Made by a program: the position numbers and the translations under genes
Part shown: positions 29,401 to 44,249 of the stretch, in pieces
Layout of the letters: each line of letters starts with the position of its first letter
Position numbering within the stretch: the stretch's first letter is position 1
Notes under the pieces: model-generated
Seen by the model: the letters and a program-made list of their open reading frames with translations, nothing else
What the model was told of the DNA's origin: nothing
Database searches by the model: none
Assembly (NCBI RefSeq): GCF_009914755.1
Contig: NC_060933.1
Direction: 5' to 3' (one strand)
Length of the DNA: 64,000 bases
Source of the DNA: the human T2T-CHM13v2.0 reference genome, Homo sapiens

Positions 29401-32400
29401 AGTTGAACCCATTCCATTCCATTCCATTCCATTCCATTCCATTCCATTGCACACGGGTTCATTCCATTCCATTCCATTCCATTCCGTTCCATTCCATTCC
29501 GTTCCATTCCATTCCATTCCATTCTGTTCAGGTTAATTCCATTCTATTCCTTTCCCTTCCATTCCATTCCATTCCATCCCATTGCAATCGAGTTGATTCC
29601 ATTGCATTCCATTCCATTACATTCCATTGCATTCCATTCCATTCCATTCCCCTGCACTCAGGTTGATTCCATTCGATTCCATTCCATTCCATTCCATTCC
29701 GTTCCTTTCCATTCCATTCCATTCTATTCGCGTTAATTGCATTCCATTCCATTCCATTACATTCCATTGCAATCGAGTTGATTCCATTCCATTCCGTTCC
29801 ATTCCATTCCATTCCATTCCATTTCGGTCCATTCTGTTCTATTCCGTTCCATTCCATTCCATTCCATTCCATTCCATTCCATTCCATTCCATTCCATGCG
29901 ATTCCACTCGGGTTGATTCCATTGCTTTCCATTCCATTTGGATTGAATCCATTCCATTCCATTCCATTCCATTCCATTCCATTCCATTCCATTGCACTAG
30001 GTTTGATTCCATTCCACTGCATTCCATTCCATTCCATTCCATTCCGTTCCATTCCATTCCATTACATTCGGATTGATTTTATTCAATTCCCTTACACTCC
30101 ATTTCATTCCATTCCATTCGGGTTGTTTCCATTCCATTCCATTCCATTCCACTCCATTCCATTGCACTCGGGTTGATTCCATTCCATTCCATTCCATTCT
30201 ATTCCATTTGGTTCCATTCCATTCTATTCGGTACCATTCCATTCCATTCCATTCCATTCCATTCCATGCCATTCCACTTGGGTTGATTCCCTTCCTTTCC
30301 ATTCCATTTGGGTTGAATCCATTCCATTCCATTCCATTCCATTCCATTCCATTCCATTCCATTCCTTTCCATTCCATTGCACACGGGTTGATTCCATTCC
30401 ATTCCTTTCTGTTCCATTCCGGATGACTCCATTCCATTGCATTCCATTCCATTCCATTCCCCTGCACTCGGGTTCATTACATTCCATTCCATTTACTTCC
30501 ATTCCATTCCATTCCATTCCATTCCATTCTATTCGGGTTAATTCCATTCCATTCCATTCCATTCCATTCCATTCCATTCCATTCCATTCCATTCCATTCC
30601 ATTCCATTCCATTGCAATCGAGTTGATTCCATTCCATTCCATTCAATTCCGGATGATTCCATTCCATTGCCTTCAATTCCATTCCATTCCCCTGCAGTCG
30701 GGTTGATTCCATTCCATTCCATTCCATTCCATTCCATTTCATTCCATTCCATTTGGTTCCATTCCATTCTATTCCGTACCATTCCATTCCATTCCATTCC
30801 ATTCCATTCCATTCTATTCGGGTTAATTCCATTCCATTCCATTCCATTCCATTCCATTCCATTCCATTCCATTGCAATCGAGTTCATTCCATTCCATTCC
30901 ATTCAATTCCGGATGATTCCATTCCATTGCCTTCAATTCCATTCCATTCCCCTGCACTCGGGTTGATTCCATTCCATTCCATTCCATTCCATTCCATTCC
31001 ATTCCATTCCATTTCATTCCATTCCATTTCGTTCCATTCCATTCTATTCCGTACCATTCCATTCCACTCCATTCCATTCCTTTCCATTCCATTCCATTCC
31101 ATGCCATTCCACTCGCGTTGATTCCATTCCCTTCCATTCCATTAGAGTTGAATCCATTCCATTCCATTCCATTCCATTCGATTCCATTCCATTGCACACG
31201 GGTTCATTCCATTCCATTCCTTTCTGTTCCATTCCGGATGACTCCATTCCATTGCATTCCATTCCATTCCATTCCCCTGCACTCGGGTTCATTACATTCC
31301 ATTCCATTTACTTCCATTCCATTCCATTCCATTCCATTCCATTCCATTCTATTCGGGTTAATTCCATTCCATTCCATTCCATTCCATTCCATTCCATTCC
31401 ATTCCATTGCAATCGAGTTGATTCCATTCCATTCCATTCATTTCCGGATGATTCCATTCCATTGCCTTCAATTCCATTCCATTCCCCTGCAGTCGGGTTG
31501 ATTCCATTCCATTCCATTCCATTCCATTTCATTCCATTCCATTTCGTTCCATTCCATTCTATTCCGTACCATTCCATTCCATTCCATTCCATTCCATTCC
31601 ATTCTATTCGGGTTAATTCCATTCCATTCCATTCCATTCCATTCCATTCCATTCCATTCCATTCCATTCTATTCTGGTTAATTCCATTCCATTCCATTCC
31701 ATTCCATTCCATTCCATTCCATTCCATTCCATTCCATTCCATTGCAATCGAGTTGATTCCATTGCATTCCATTCAATTCCGGATGATTCCATTCCATTGC
31801 CTTCAATTCCATTCCATTCCCCTGCACTCGGGTTGATTCCATTCCATTCCACTCCATTCCATTCCATTCCATTCCATTTCATTCCATTCCATTTCTTTCC
31901 ATTCCATTCTATTCCGTACCATTCCATTCCACTCCATTCCATTCCATTCCATTCCATTCCATTCCATTCCATTCCATGCCATTCCACTCGCGTTGATTCC
32001 ATTCCCTTCCATTCCATTAGAGTTGAATCCATTCCATTCCATTCCATTCCATTCCATTCCATTCCATTCCATTCCATTGCACACGGGTTCATTCCATTCC
32101 ATTCCATTCCATTCCCTTCCATTCCATTTCGTTACATTCCATTCTATTCCGTACCATTCCATTCCATTCCATTCCACTCCATTCCATGCCATTCCACTCG
32201 GGTATATTCCATTCCTTTTAATTCCATTCGGGTTGAATCCATTCCATTCCATTCCATTCCATTCCATTCCATTACATTGCACTCGGGTTGATTCCATTCC
32301 ATTCCATTCCATTACATTTCATTCCATTCCATTCCATTCCATTTCATTCAATTCCATTCCATTCCATGCCATTCCACTCGTGTTGATTCCATTCCTTTCC

Positions 32401-33189
32401 ATTCCATTACATTCCATTCCATTCCGTTCCATTCCATTCCATTCCATGCCATTCCATTCCATTCCATTCCATTACATTCCATTTCGTTCCATTCCATTCT
32501 ATTCCGTACGATTCCATTGCATTCCATTCCATTCCATTCCTTTCCATTCCATTGAAATCGAGTTGATTCCATTCCATTCCGTTCCATTCCATTCCATTCC
32601 ATTCCATTCCGGATGATTCCATTCCACTGCATTCCATTCCATTAAATTCCCCTGCACTTGGGGTGATTCCTTTCCATTCTATTCCATTCCATTCCATTCC
32701 ATTCCATTCCATTCCATTCCATTTCATTGCAATCGAGTTGATTCCATTGCATTCCATTCCATTCCAGTCCTTTCCATTCCATTCCACTCGGGTTGATTCC
32801 ATTCTATTCCTTTCCATTCCATTCGATTCCATTCCATTCCACTCTGGTTGATACCATTCCTTTTCATTCCACTCGAAAACATTCCCTTCTATTCCACTCG
32901 GAATGATTCCATTCCATTCCATTCCATTCCATTCCATTCCATTCCGTTTCGTTCCATTACATTCTATTCCGTACCATTCCACTCCATTCCATTCCATTCC
33001 ATTCCATGCCATTCCTCTCGGGTTGATTCCATTCCTTTCCATTCCATTCGGGTTGAATCCATTCCTTTCCATTCCTTTCCATTCCATTCCATTCCATTGC
33101 ACTCGGGTTGATTCCATTCCATTCCATTCCATTCCATTGCACACGGGTTCATTCCATTCCATTCCATTCCATTCCGTTCCATTCCATTC

Positions 33190-36090
33190 CGTTCCATTCC
33201 ATTCCATTCCATTCTATTCGGATTAATTCCATTCCATTCCATTCCATTCCATTCTATTCCATTCCATTGCAATCGATTTGAATCCATTGCATTTCATTCC
33301 ATTCCATTCCGGAAGATTCCATTCCATTGCATTCCATTCCATTACATTCCCCTGCACTCGCGTTGATTCCATTCCATTCCATTCCATTCCATTCCATTCC
33401 GTTCCGTTCAATTCCATTCCATTCCATTCCATTCCATTCCATTCCATTCCGTTCCGTTCCATTCCATTCCATTCCATTCTATTCGGGTTAATTCCATTCC
33501 ATTCCATTCGATTGCAATCGAGTTGATTCCATTCCATTCCATTCCATTCCATTCCATTCCTTTCCATTCCATTACGGATGATTCCATTCCATTGCATTCC
33601 ATTCCATTCCATTCCCCTGTACTCGGGTTGATTCCATTCCATTCCATTCCAATCCATGCCATTCCACTCGTGTTGATTCCATTCTTTCCATTCCATTCAA
33701 GTTGAATCCATTCCATTGCATTCCATTCCATTCGATTCCATTCAATTGCACTCGGGTTGATTCCATTACATTGCATTCCATTCCATTCCATTCCATTCCA
33801 TTCCATTCCATTCCGTTCCATTCCATTCCATTACATTCGGATTGATTCTATTCAATTCCCTTACACTCCATTACATTCCATTCCATTCGGGTAGTTTCCA
33901 TTCCATTCCATTCCATTCCATTCCTCTCCATTCCATTGCTCTCGGGTTGATTCCATTCCATTGCATTCCATTCCATTCCATTCAATTCCATTCCGTTCCA
34001 TTCCATTCCATTACATTCGGATTGATTCTATTCAACTCCCTTACTCTCCATTACATTCCGTTCCATTCGGGTTGTTCCATTCCATTCCATTCCATTCCAC
34101 TCCATTCCACTGCACTCGGGTTGATTCCATTGCATTCCATTCCATTCCATTCCATTCCGGAAGATTCCATTCCATTGTATTCCATTCCATTCCATTCCCC
34201 TGCACTCGCATTGATTCCATTCCATTCCATTCTATTCCATTCCATTCCCTTCCTTTCCGTTCCATTCCATTCCATTCCATTCCATTCCGTTCCGTTCCGT
34301 TCCATTCCATTCCTTTCCATTCTATTTGGGTTAATTCCATTCTATTCCATTCGATTGCAATCGAGTTGATTCTATTCCATTCCATTCCATTCCATTCCAT
34401 TCCATTCCTTTCCATTCCATTACGGATGATTCCATTCCATTGCATTCCATTCCATTCCATTCCCCTGTACTCGGGTTGACTCCATTCCATTCCATTCCAA
34501 TCCATGCCATTCCACTCGTGTTGATTCCATTCTTTCCATTCCATTCAAGTTGAATCCATTCCATTGCATTCCATTCCATTCCATTCCCCTGCAGTCTGGT
34601 TGATTCCATTCCATTCCATTCCATTCCATTCCATTCCATTCCATTCCATTCCGTTCCGTTCCTTTCCATTCAATTCCATTCCATTCTATTCGGGTTAATT
34701 CCATTCCATTCCATTCCATTCCATTCCATTCCATTCCATTCCATTCCAATCGAGTTGATTCCATTCCATTCCATTCCATTCCATTCCACTCCATTCCAGT
34801 CCTTTCCATTCCATTCCACTCGGGTTGATTCCAATGTATTCCTTTCCATTCCATTCCATTCCATTGCAATCGAGTTGATTCCATTGCTTTGCATTCCATT
34901 CCATTCCATTCCATTCCGGATGACTCCATTCCATTGCATTCCATTCCATTGCATTCCCCTGCACTCGGGTTGATTCCATTCCATTCCACTCCATTCGGTT
35001 GCATTCCATTCCATTCCATTGTATTCGGGTTAATTCCATTCCATTCCATTCCATTCCATTCCATTCCATTCCATTACAATCGAGTTGATTCCATTCCATT
35101 CCATTCCATTCCATTCCAGTCCTTTCCATTCCATTCCACTCGGGTTGATTCCATTCTATTAGTTTCCATTCCATTCCATTCCCTTCCATTCCACTCTGGT
35201 TGATTCCATTCCTTTCCATTCCACTCGAATACATTCCCTCCTATTCCACTTGGAACGATTCCATTCCATTCCATTCCATTCCATTCCATTCCATTCCATT
35301 CCATTTCCTTCCATTCCATTCTATTCCGTACCATTCCATTCCATTCCATTCCATTCTATTTGGGTTAATTCCATTCCATTCCATTCGATTGCAATCGAGT
35401 TGATTCCATTCCATTCCATTCCATTCCATTCCATTCCATTCCATTCCATTCCTTTCCATTACATTACGGATGATTCCATTCCATTGCATTCCATTCCATT
35501 CCATTCCCCTGTACTCGGGTTGATTCCATTCCATTCCATTCCAATCCATGCCATTCCATTCGTATTGATTCCATTCTTTCCATTCCATTCAAGTTGAATC
35601 CATTCCATTGCATTCCATTACTTTCGATTCCATTCGATTGCACTCGGGTTGATTCCATTCCATTGTATTCCATTCCATTCCATTCCATTCCATTCCGTTC
35701 CATTCCATTCCATTACATTCGGATTGATTCTATTCAATTCCCTTACACTCCATTTCATTCCATTCCATTCGGGTAGTTTCCATTCCATTCCTCTCCATTC
35801 CATTGCACTCGGGTTGATTCCATTCCATTGCATTCCATTCCATACCATTCAATTCCATTCCGTTCCATTCCATTCCATTACATTCGGATTGATTCTATTC
35901 AACTCCCTTACTCTCCATTACATTCGATTCTATTCGGGTTGTTCCATTCCCTTCCATTCCATTCCATTCCACTCCATTCCATTGCACTCGGGTTGATTCC
36001 ATTCCATTCCATTCCATTCCAGAAGATTCCATTCCATTGCATTCCATTACATTCCATTCCCCTGCACTCGCTTTGATTCCATTCCATTCC
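33190..36090 (+). repeat. Dialect-I island within the 23 kb unit, copy 1
   Basis: GGAAGATTCC, TCGATTGCAATCGA, CCAATGTATT, CGAATACATTCCCTCC and both register-shift motifs reappear here. Confidence 0.78.
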
Positions 36091-39000
36091 ATTCCATTCC
36101 ATTGCATTCCATTGCATTCCATTGCATTCCATTCCCCTGCACTCAGGTTGATTCCATTCCATTCCATTCCATTCCATTCCATTCCATTCCATTCCATTCC
36201 ATTCTATTCGCGTTAATTCCATTCCACTCCATTCCATTACATTCCATTGCAATCGACTTGATTCCATTCCATTCCATTCCATTCCATTCAAATCCTTTCC
36301 ATTCCATTCCACTCGTGTTGATTCCATTTTATTAGTTTCCATTCCATTCCATTCCCTTCCATTCCACTCTGGTTGATTCCATTCCTTTCCATTCCACTCG
36401 AATTCATTCCCTTCTATTCCACTCGGAATGATTCCATTCCATTCCGTTCCATTCCATTCCATTCCATTCCATTTCGTTCCATTCCATTTTATTCCGTACC
36501 ATTCCATTCCATTCCATTCCATTCCATTACATTCCATTCCATTCCATTCCATGCCATTCCACTCGGGTTGATTCCATTGCTTTCCATTCCATTTGGGTTG
36601 AATCCATTCCATTCCATTCCATTCCATTCCATTAAATTCCATTCCATTCCATTCAATTGCACTAGGTTTGACTCCATTCCACTGCATTCCATTCCATTCC
36701 ATTCCATTCCATTCCATTCCGTTGCACTCGGGTTCATTCCATTCCATTCCATTTACTTCCATTCCATTCCATTCCATTCCATTCCATGCCATTCCACTCG
36801 CGTTGATTCCATTCCCTTCCATTCCATTAGAGTTGAATCCATTCCATTCCATTCCATTCCATTCCATTCCATTGCACACGGGTTCATTCCATTCCATTCC
36901 ATTCCATTCCCTTATATTCCATTTCGTTACATTCCATTCTATTCCGTACCATTCCATTCCATTCCATTCCATTCCATTCCACTCCATTCCATGCCATTCC
37001 ACTCGGGTATATTCCATTCCTTTTAATTCCATTCGGGTTGAATCCATTCCATTCCATTCCATTCCATTCTATTCCATTACATTGCACTCGGGTTGATTCC
37101 ATTCCATTCCATTCCATTCCATTTCATTCCATTCCATTCCATTCCATTTCATTCTATTCCATTCCATTCCATGCCATTCCACTCGTGTTGATTCCATTCC
37201 TTTCCATTCCATTACATTTCATTCCATTCCATTCCATTCCATTTCATTCAATTCCATTCCATTCCATGCCATTCCACTCGTGTTGATTCCATTCCTTTCC
37301 ATTCCATTCGAGTTGAACCCATTCCATTCCATTCCATTCCATTCCATTCCATTCCGTTCCATTCCATTGTACGCGGGTTCATTCCATTCCATTCCGTTCC
37401 ATTCCATTCCATTCCATTCCATTCCATTCCATTACATTCCATTTCGTTCCATTCCATTCTATTCCATACGATTCCATTGCATTCCATTCCATTCCATTCC
37501 TTTCCATTCCATTGAAATCGACTTGATTCCATTCCATTCTGTTCCATTCCATTCCATTCCATTCCATTCCGGATGATTCCATTCCACTGCATTTCATTCC
37601 ATTAAATTCCCCTGCACTTGGGGTGATTCCTTTCCATTCCATTCCATTCCATTCCATTCCATTCCATTCCATTCCATTCCATTTCATTGCAATCGAGTTG
37701 ATTCCATTGCATTCCATTCCATTCCATTCCAGTCCTTTCCATTCCATTCCACTCGGGTTGATTCCATTCTATTCCTTTCCATTCCATTCGATTCCATTCC
37801 ATTCCACTCTGGTTGATACCATTCCTTTTCATTCCACTCGAAAACATTCCCTTCTATTCCACTCGGAATGATTCCATTCCATTCCATTCCATTCCATTCC
37901 GTTTCGTTCCATTACATTCTATTCCGTACCATTCCACTCCATTCCATTCCATTCCATTCCATGCCATTCCTCTCGGGTTGATTCCATTCCTTTCCATTCC
38001 ATTCGGGTTGAATGCATTCCATTCCATTCCTTTCCATTCCATTCCATTCCATTGCACTCGGGTTGATTCCATTCCATTCCATTCCGTTCCATTCCGGATG
38101 ACTCCATTCCATTGCATTCCATTCCATTCCATTCCCCTGCACTCGGTTTCATTACATTCCATTCCATTCACTTCCATTCCATTCCATTCCATTCCATTCC
38201 ATTCCATTCCATTTCAATCGAGTTGATTCCATTCCATTCCATTCCATTACATTCAATTCCGAATGATTTCATTCCATTGCCTTCCATTCCATTCCATTCC
38301 CCTGCACTCGGGTTGATTTCATTCCATTCCATTCCATTCCATTCCATTCCATTCCATTTCGTTCCATTCCATTCTATTCCGTACCATTCCATTCCATTCC
38401 ATTCCATTCCATTCCATTCCATTTCCTTCCATTCCATTCCATTCCATTCCATTCCATTCAATTCCATTTCCTTCCATTCCATTCCATTCCATTCCATTCC
38501 ATTCCATTCCATTCCATTCCATTCTATTAGGGTTAATTCCATTCCATTCCATTCCATTCCATTCCATTCCATGCCATTCCACTCGGGTTAATTCCATTCC
38601 TTTCCATTCCATTCGAGTTGAATCCATTCCATTCCATTTCGTTCCATTACATTCTATTCTGTACCATTCCACTCCATTCCATTCCATTCCATTCCATGCC
38701 ATTCCTCTCGGGTTGATTCCATTCCTTTCCATTCCATTCGGGTTGAGTCCATTCCATTCCATTCCTTTCCATTCCATTCCATTCCATTGCACTCGGGTTG
38801 ATTCCATTCCATTCCATTCCGTTCCATTCCGGATGACTCCATTCCATTGCATTCCATTCCATTCCATTCCCCTGCACTCGGTTTCATTACATTCCATTCC
38901 ATTCACTTCCATTCCATTCCATTCCATTCCATTCCATTCCATTCCATTCCATTCCATTTCAATCGAGTTGATTCCATTCCATTCCATTCCATTCCATTCA

Positions 39001-40199
39001 ATTCCGAATGATGTCATTCCATTGCCTTCCATTCCATTCCATTCCCCTGCACTCGGGTTGATTCCATTCCATTCCATTCCATTCCATTCCATTCCATTCC
39101 ATTCCATTCCATTTCGTTCCATTCCATTCTATTCCGTACCATTCCATTCCATTCCATTCCATTCCATTCCATTCCATTCCATTTCCTTCCATTCCATTCC
39201 ATTCCATTCCATTCCATTCCATTCCATTCCATTCTATTAGGGTTAATTCCATTCCATTCCATTCCATTCCATTCCATGCCATTCCACTCGGGTTGATTCC
39301 ATTCCTTTCCATTCCATTCAAGTTGAATCCATTCCATTCCATTCCATTCCATTCCATTCCATTTCACACGGGTTCATTTCATTCCATTCCATTCCATTCC
39401 ATTTCGTTCCATTCCATTCTATTCCATACCATTCCATTCCATTCCATTCCATTAGACTCCATTCCATGCCATTCCACTCGGTTTTATTCCATTCGTTTCC
39501 ATTCCATTCGGGTTGAATCCATTGCATTCCATTCCATTCGATTCCATTACATTGCACTCGTGTTGTTTCCATTCCATTCCATTCCATTCCATTCCATTCC
39601 ATTCCATTCCATGCCATTCCACTAGGTTTGATTTCATTCCATTCCGTTCCATTCGAGTCGAACCCATTCCATTCCATTCCATTCCATTCCATTCCATTCC
39701 AATCCATTGCACACGGGTTCATTCCATTCCATTCCATTCCATTCCATTCCATTCCATTCCATTCCATTCCATTCCATTTCGTTCCATTCCATTCTATTCG
39801 GTACCATTCCATTCTATTCCATTCGGTACCATTCCATTCCATTCCATTCCAATCCATTCCATTCCATGCCATTCCACTTGGGTTGATTCCCTTCCTTTCC
39901 ATTCCATTCGGGTTGAATCCATTCCATTCCATTCCATTCCATTCCATTCCATTCCATTCCATTCCATTCCATTTCTTTCAATTCCATTGCACACGGGTTG
40001 GTTCCATTCCATTCCTTTCCGTTCCATTCCGGATGACTCCATTCCATTGCATTCCATTCCATTCCATTCCCCTGCACTCGGGTTCATTACCTTCCATTCC
40101 ATTTACTTCCATTCCATTCCATTCCATTCTATTCGGGTTAACTCCATTCCATTCCGTTCCATTCCATTCCATTCCATTCCATTCCATTCCATTCCATTG

Positions 40200-42780
40200 C
40201 AATCGAGTTGATTCCATTCCATTCCATTCAATTCCGGATGATTCCATTCCATTGCCTTCAATTCCATTCCATTCCCCTGCACTCGGGTTGATTCCATTCC
40301 ATTCCATTCCATTCCATTCCATTCCATTCCATTCCATTCCATTCCATTTCATTCCATTCCATTTCGTTCCTTTCCATTCTATTCCGTACCATTCCATTCC
40401 ATTCCATTCCATTCCATTCCATTCCATGCCATTCCACTCGGGTTGATTCCATTCCTTTCCATTCCATTCGAGTTGAATCCATTCCAATCCATTCCATTCC
40501 ATTCGATTCCATTCCATTGCACACGGGTTCATTCCATTCCATTCCATTCCATTCCATTCCATTCCATTCCATTCCATTTCGTTCCATTCCATTCTATTCC
40601 GTACCATTCCATTCCATTCCATTCCATTCCATTCCACTCCACTCCATGCCATTCCACTCGGGTTTATTCCATTCCTTTCCATTCCATTCGGGTTGAATCC
40701 ATTCCATTCCATTCCATTCCATTCGATTCCATTACATTGCACTCGGGTTGATTCCATTCCATTCCATTCCATTCCATTCCACTCCATTCCATGCCATTCC
40801 ACGCGGGTTTATTCCATTCCTTTCCATTCCATTCGTGTTGAATCCATTCCATTCCATTCCATTCCATTCCATTCCATTACACTGCACTCAGGTTGATTCC
40901 ATTCCATTCCATTCCATTCCATTTCATTCCATTCCATTCCATTCCATTCCATTCCATTCCATTCCATTCCATGCCATTCCACTCGTTTTGATTCCATTCC
41001 TTTGCATTCCATTAGTGTTGAACCAATTCCATTCCATTCCATTCCATTGCACACGGGTTCATTCCATTCCATTCCATTCCATTCCATTGCATTCCGTTCC
41101 ATTCCATTCCATTCCATTCCATTCCATTTCATTCCGTTCCATTCTATTCTGTACCATTCCATTCCATTCCATTCCACTCCATTCCATGCCATTCCACTCG
41201 GGTTTTTTCCATTCCTTTTCATTCCATTTAGGTTGAATCCATTCCATTCCATTCCATTCCTTTCAATTCCATTATATTGCACACGGGTTGATTCCATTCC
41301 ATTCCATTCCGTTCCATTCAGGATGACTCCATTCCATTGCATTCCATTCCATTCCATTCCCCTGCACTCGGGTTCATTACATTCCATTCCATTCCCATCC
41401 ACTCCATTCCATTCCATTCCATTCCATTTCAATCGAGTTGATTCCATTCCATTCCATTCCATTCCATTCAATTCCGGATGATTCCATTCCATTGCCTTCC
41501 ATTCCACTCCATTCCCCTGCACTCGGGTTGATTCCATTCCATTCCATTCCATTCCATTCCATTCCATTCCATTCCATTCCATTTCGTTCCTTTCCATTCT
41601 ATTCCGTACCATTCCATTCCATTCCATTCCATTCCATTCCATTCCATGCCATTCCACTCGGGTTGATTCCATTCCTTTCCATTCCATTCGAGTTGAATCC
41701 ATTCCAATCCATTCCATTCCATTCGATTCCATTCCATTGCACACGGGTTCATTCCATTCCATTCCATTCCATTCCATTCCATTCCATTCCATTCCATTTC
41801 GTTCCATTCCATTCTATTCCGTACCATTCCATTCCATTCCATTCCATTCCATTCCACTCCACTCCATGCCATTCCACTCGGGTTTATTCCATTCCTTTCC
41901 ATTCCATTCGGGTTGAATCCATTCCATTCCATTCCATTCCATTCGATTCCATTACATTGCACTCGGGTTGATTCCATTCCATTCCATTCCATTCCATTCC
42001 ACTCCATTCCATGCCATTCCACGCGGGTTTATTCCATTCCTTTCCATTCCATTCGTGTTGAATCCATTCCATTCCATTCCATTCCATTCCATTCCATTAC
42101 ACTGCACTCAGGTTGATTCCATTCCATTCCATTCCATTCCATTTCATTCCATTCCATTCCATTCCATTCCATTCCATTCCATTCCATGCCATTCCACTCG
42201 TTTTGATTCCATTCCTTTGCATTCCATTAGTGTTGAACCAATTCCATTCCATTCCATTCCATTGCACACGGGTTCATTCCATTCCATTCCATTCCATTCC
42301 ATTGCATTGCGTTCCATTCCATTCCATTCCATTCCATTCCATTCCATTTCATTCCGTTCCATTCTATTCTGTACCATTCCATTCCATTCCATTCCACTCC
42401 ATTCCATGCCATTCCACTCGGGTTTATTCCATTCCTTTTCATTCCATTTGGGTTGAATCCATTCCATTCCATTCCATTCCTTTCAATTCCATTATATTGC
42501 ACACGGGTTGATTCCATTCCATTCCATTCCGTTCCATTCAGGATGACTCCATTCCATTGCATTCCATTCCATTCCATTCCCCTGCACTCGGGTTCATTAC
42601 ATTCCATTCCATTCCCATCCACTCCATTCCATTCCATTCCATTCCATTTCAATCGAGTTGATTCCATTCCATTCCATTCCATTCCATTCAATTCCGGATG
42701 ATTCCATTCCATTGCCTTCCATTCCACTCCATTCCCCTGCACTCGGGTTGATTCCATTCCATTCCATTCCATTCCATTCC
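40200..42780 (+). repeat. ~1.22 kb tandem duplication
   Basis: ORFs 40664/41884 and 40693/41913 are identical at offset 1220. Shared rare variants include CACGCGGGTTT, ATTAGTGTTGAACCAA, ATTATATTGC and ATTCCCATCC. Confidence 0.87.
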
Positions 42781-44249
42781 ATTTCGTTCCATTCCACTCT
42801 ATTCCGTACCATTCCATTCCATTCCTTTCCATTCCAATCCATGCTATTCCACTCGGGTTGATTCCATTCCTTTCCATTCCATTCGAGTTGAATCCATTCC
42901 ATTCCATTCCATTCCATTCGATTGCATTCCATTGCACACGGGTTCATTCTATTCCATTCCATTCCATTCCATTCCATTCCATTTAGTTCCATTCCATTCT
43001 ATTCCTTACCATTCCATTCCATTCCATTCCATTCCACTCCATTCCATGCTATTCCTCTCGGGTTTATTCCATTCCTTTCCATTCCATTCGGATTGAATCC
43101 ATTCCTATCCATTCAATTCCATTCCACTCGATTCCATTACATTGCACTCGTGTTGTTTCCATTCCATTCCATTCCATTCCATTTCATTCTATTCCATTCC
43201 TTTCCATTCCATTCCATTCCATTCCATTCCATGCCATTCCACTCGGGTTGATTCCATTCCTTTCCATTCCATTCGAGTTGAAACCATTCCATTCCATTCC
43301 ATTCCATTCCATTCCATTCCATTCCAATCCATTGCACACGGGTCCATTCCATTCCATTCCATTCCATTCCATTCCATTCCATTTCGTTCCATTCCATTCT
43401 ATTCCGTACCATTCCATTCCATTCCATTCCATTCCTTTCCATTCCATTCGGGTTGAATCCATTCCTTTCCATTCCATTCCGTTCAATTCCATTCCATTGA
43501 ACTCGGGTTGATTCCATTCCATTCCATGCCATTCCATTTCATTCCGTTCCATTCCATTCCATTACATTCGGATTGATTCTTTTCAATTCCTTTACACTCC
43601 ATTACATTCCATTCCATTCGGGTAGTTTCCGTTCCATTCCATTCCATTCCACTCCATTGCATTGCACTCGGGTTGATTGATTCCATTCCATTGCATTCCA
43701 TTCCATTCCATTCCATTCCGGATGAATCCATTCCATTGCATTCCATTCCATTCCATTCCCCTGCACTCGGGTTGATTCCATTACATTCCATTCCGTTCCA
43801 TTCCATTCCATTCCATTCCATTCTGTTCAGGTTAATTCCATTCCATTCCATTCCATTCCATTCCATTCCATTCCATTCCATTCCATTGCAATCGAGTTGT
43901 TTCCATTGCATTCCATTCCATTCCATTCCATTGCATTCCATTGCATTCCATTCCCCTGCACTCAGGTTGATTCCATTCCATTCCATTCCATTCCATTCCA
44001 TTCCATTCCATTCCGGATGATTCCATTCCATTGCCTTCCATTCCACTCCATTCCCCTGCACTCCGGTTGATTCCATTCCATTCCATTCCATTCCATTCCA
44101 TTCCATTCCATTCCATTCCATTCCATTCCATTTCGTTCCATTCCACTCTATTCCGTACCATTCCATTCCATTCCTTTCCATTCCAATCCATGCTATTCCA
44201 CTCGGGTTGATTCCATTCCTTTCCATTCCATTCGAGTTGAATCCATTCC

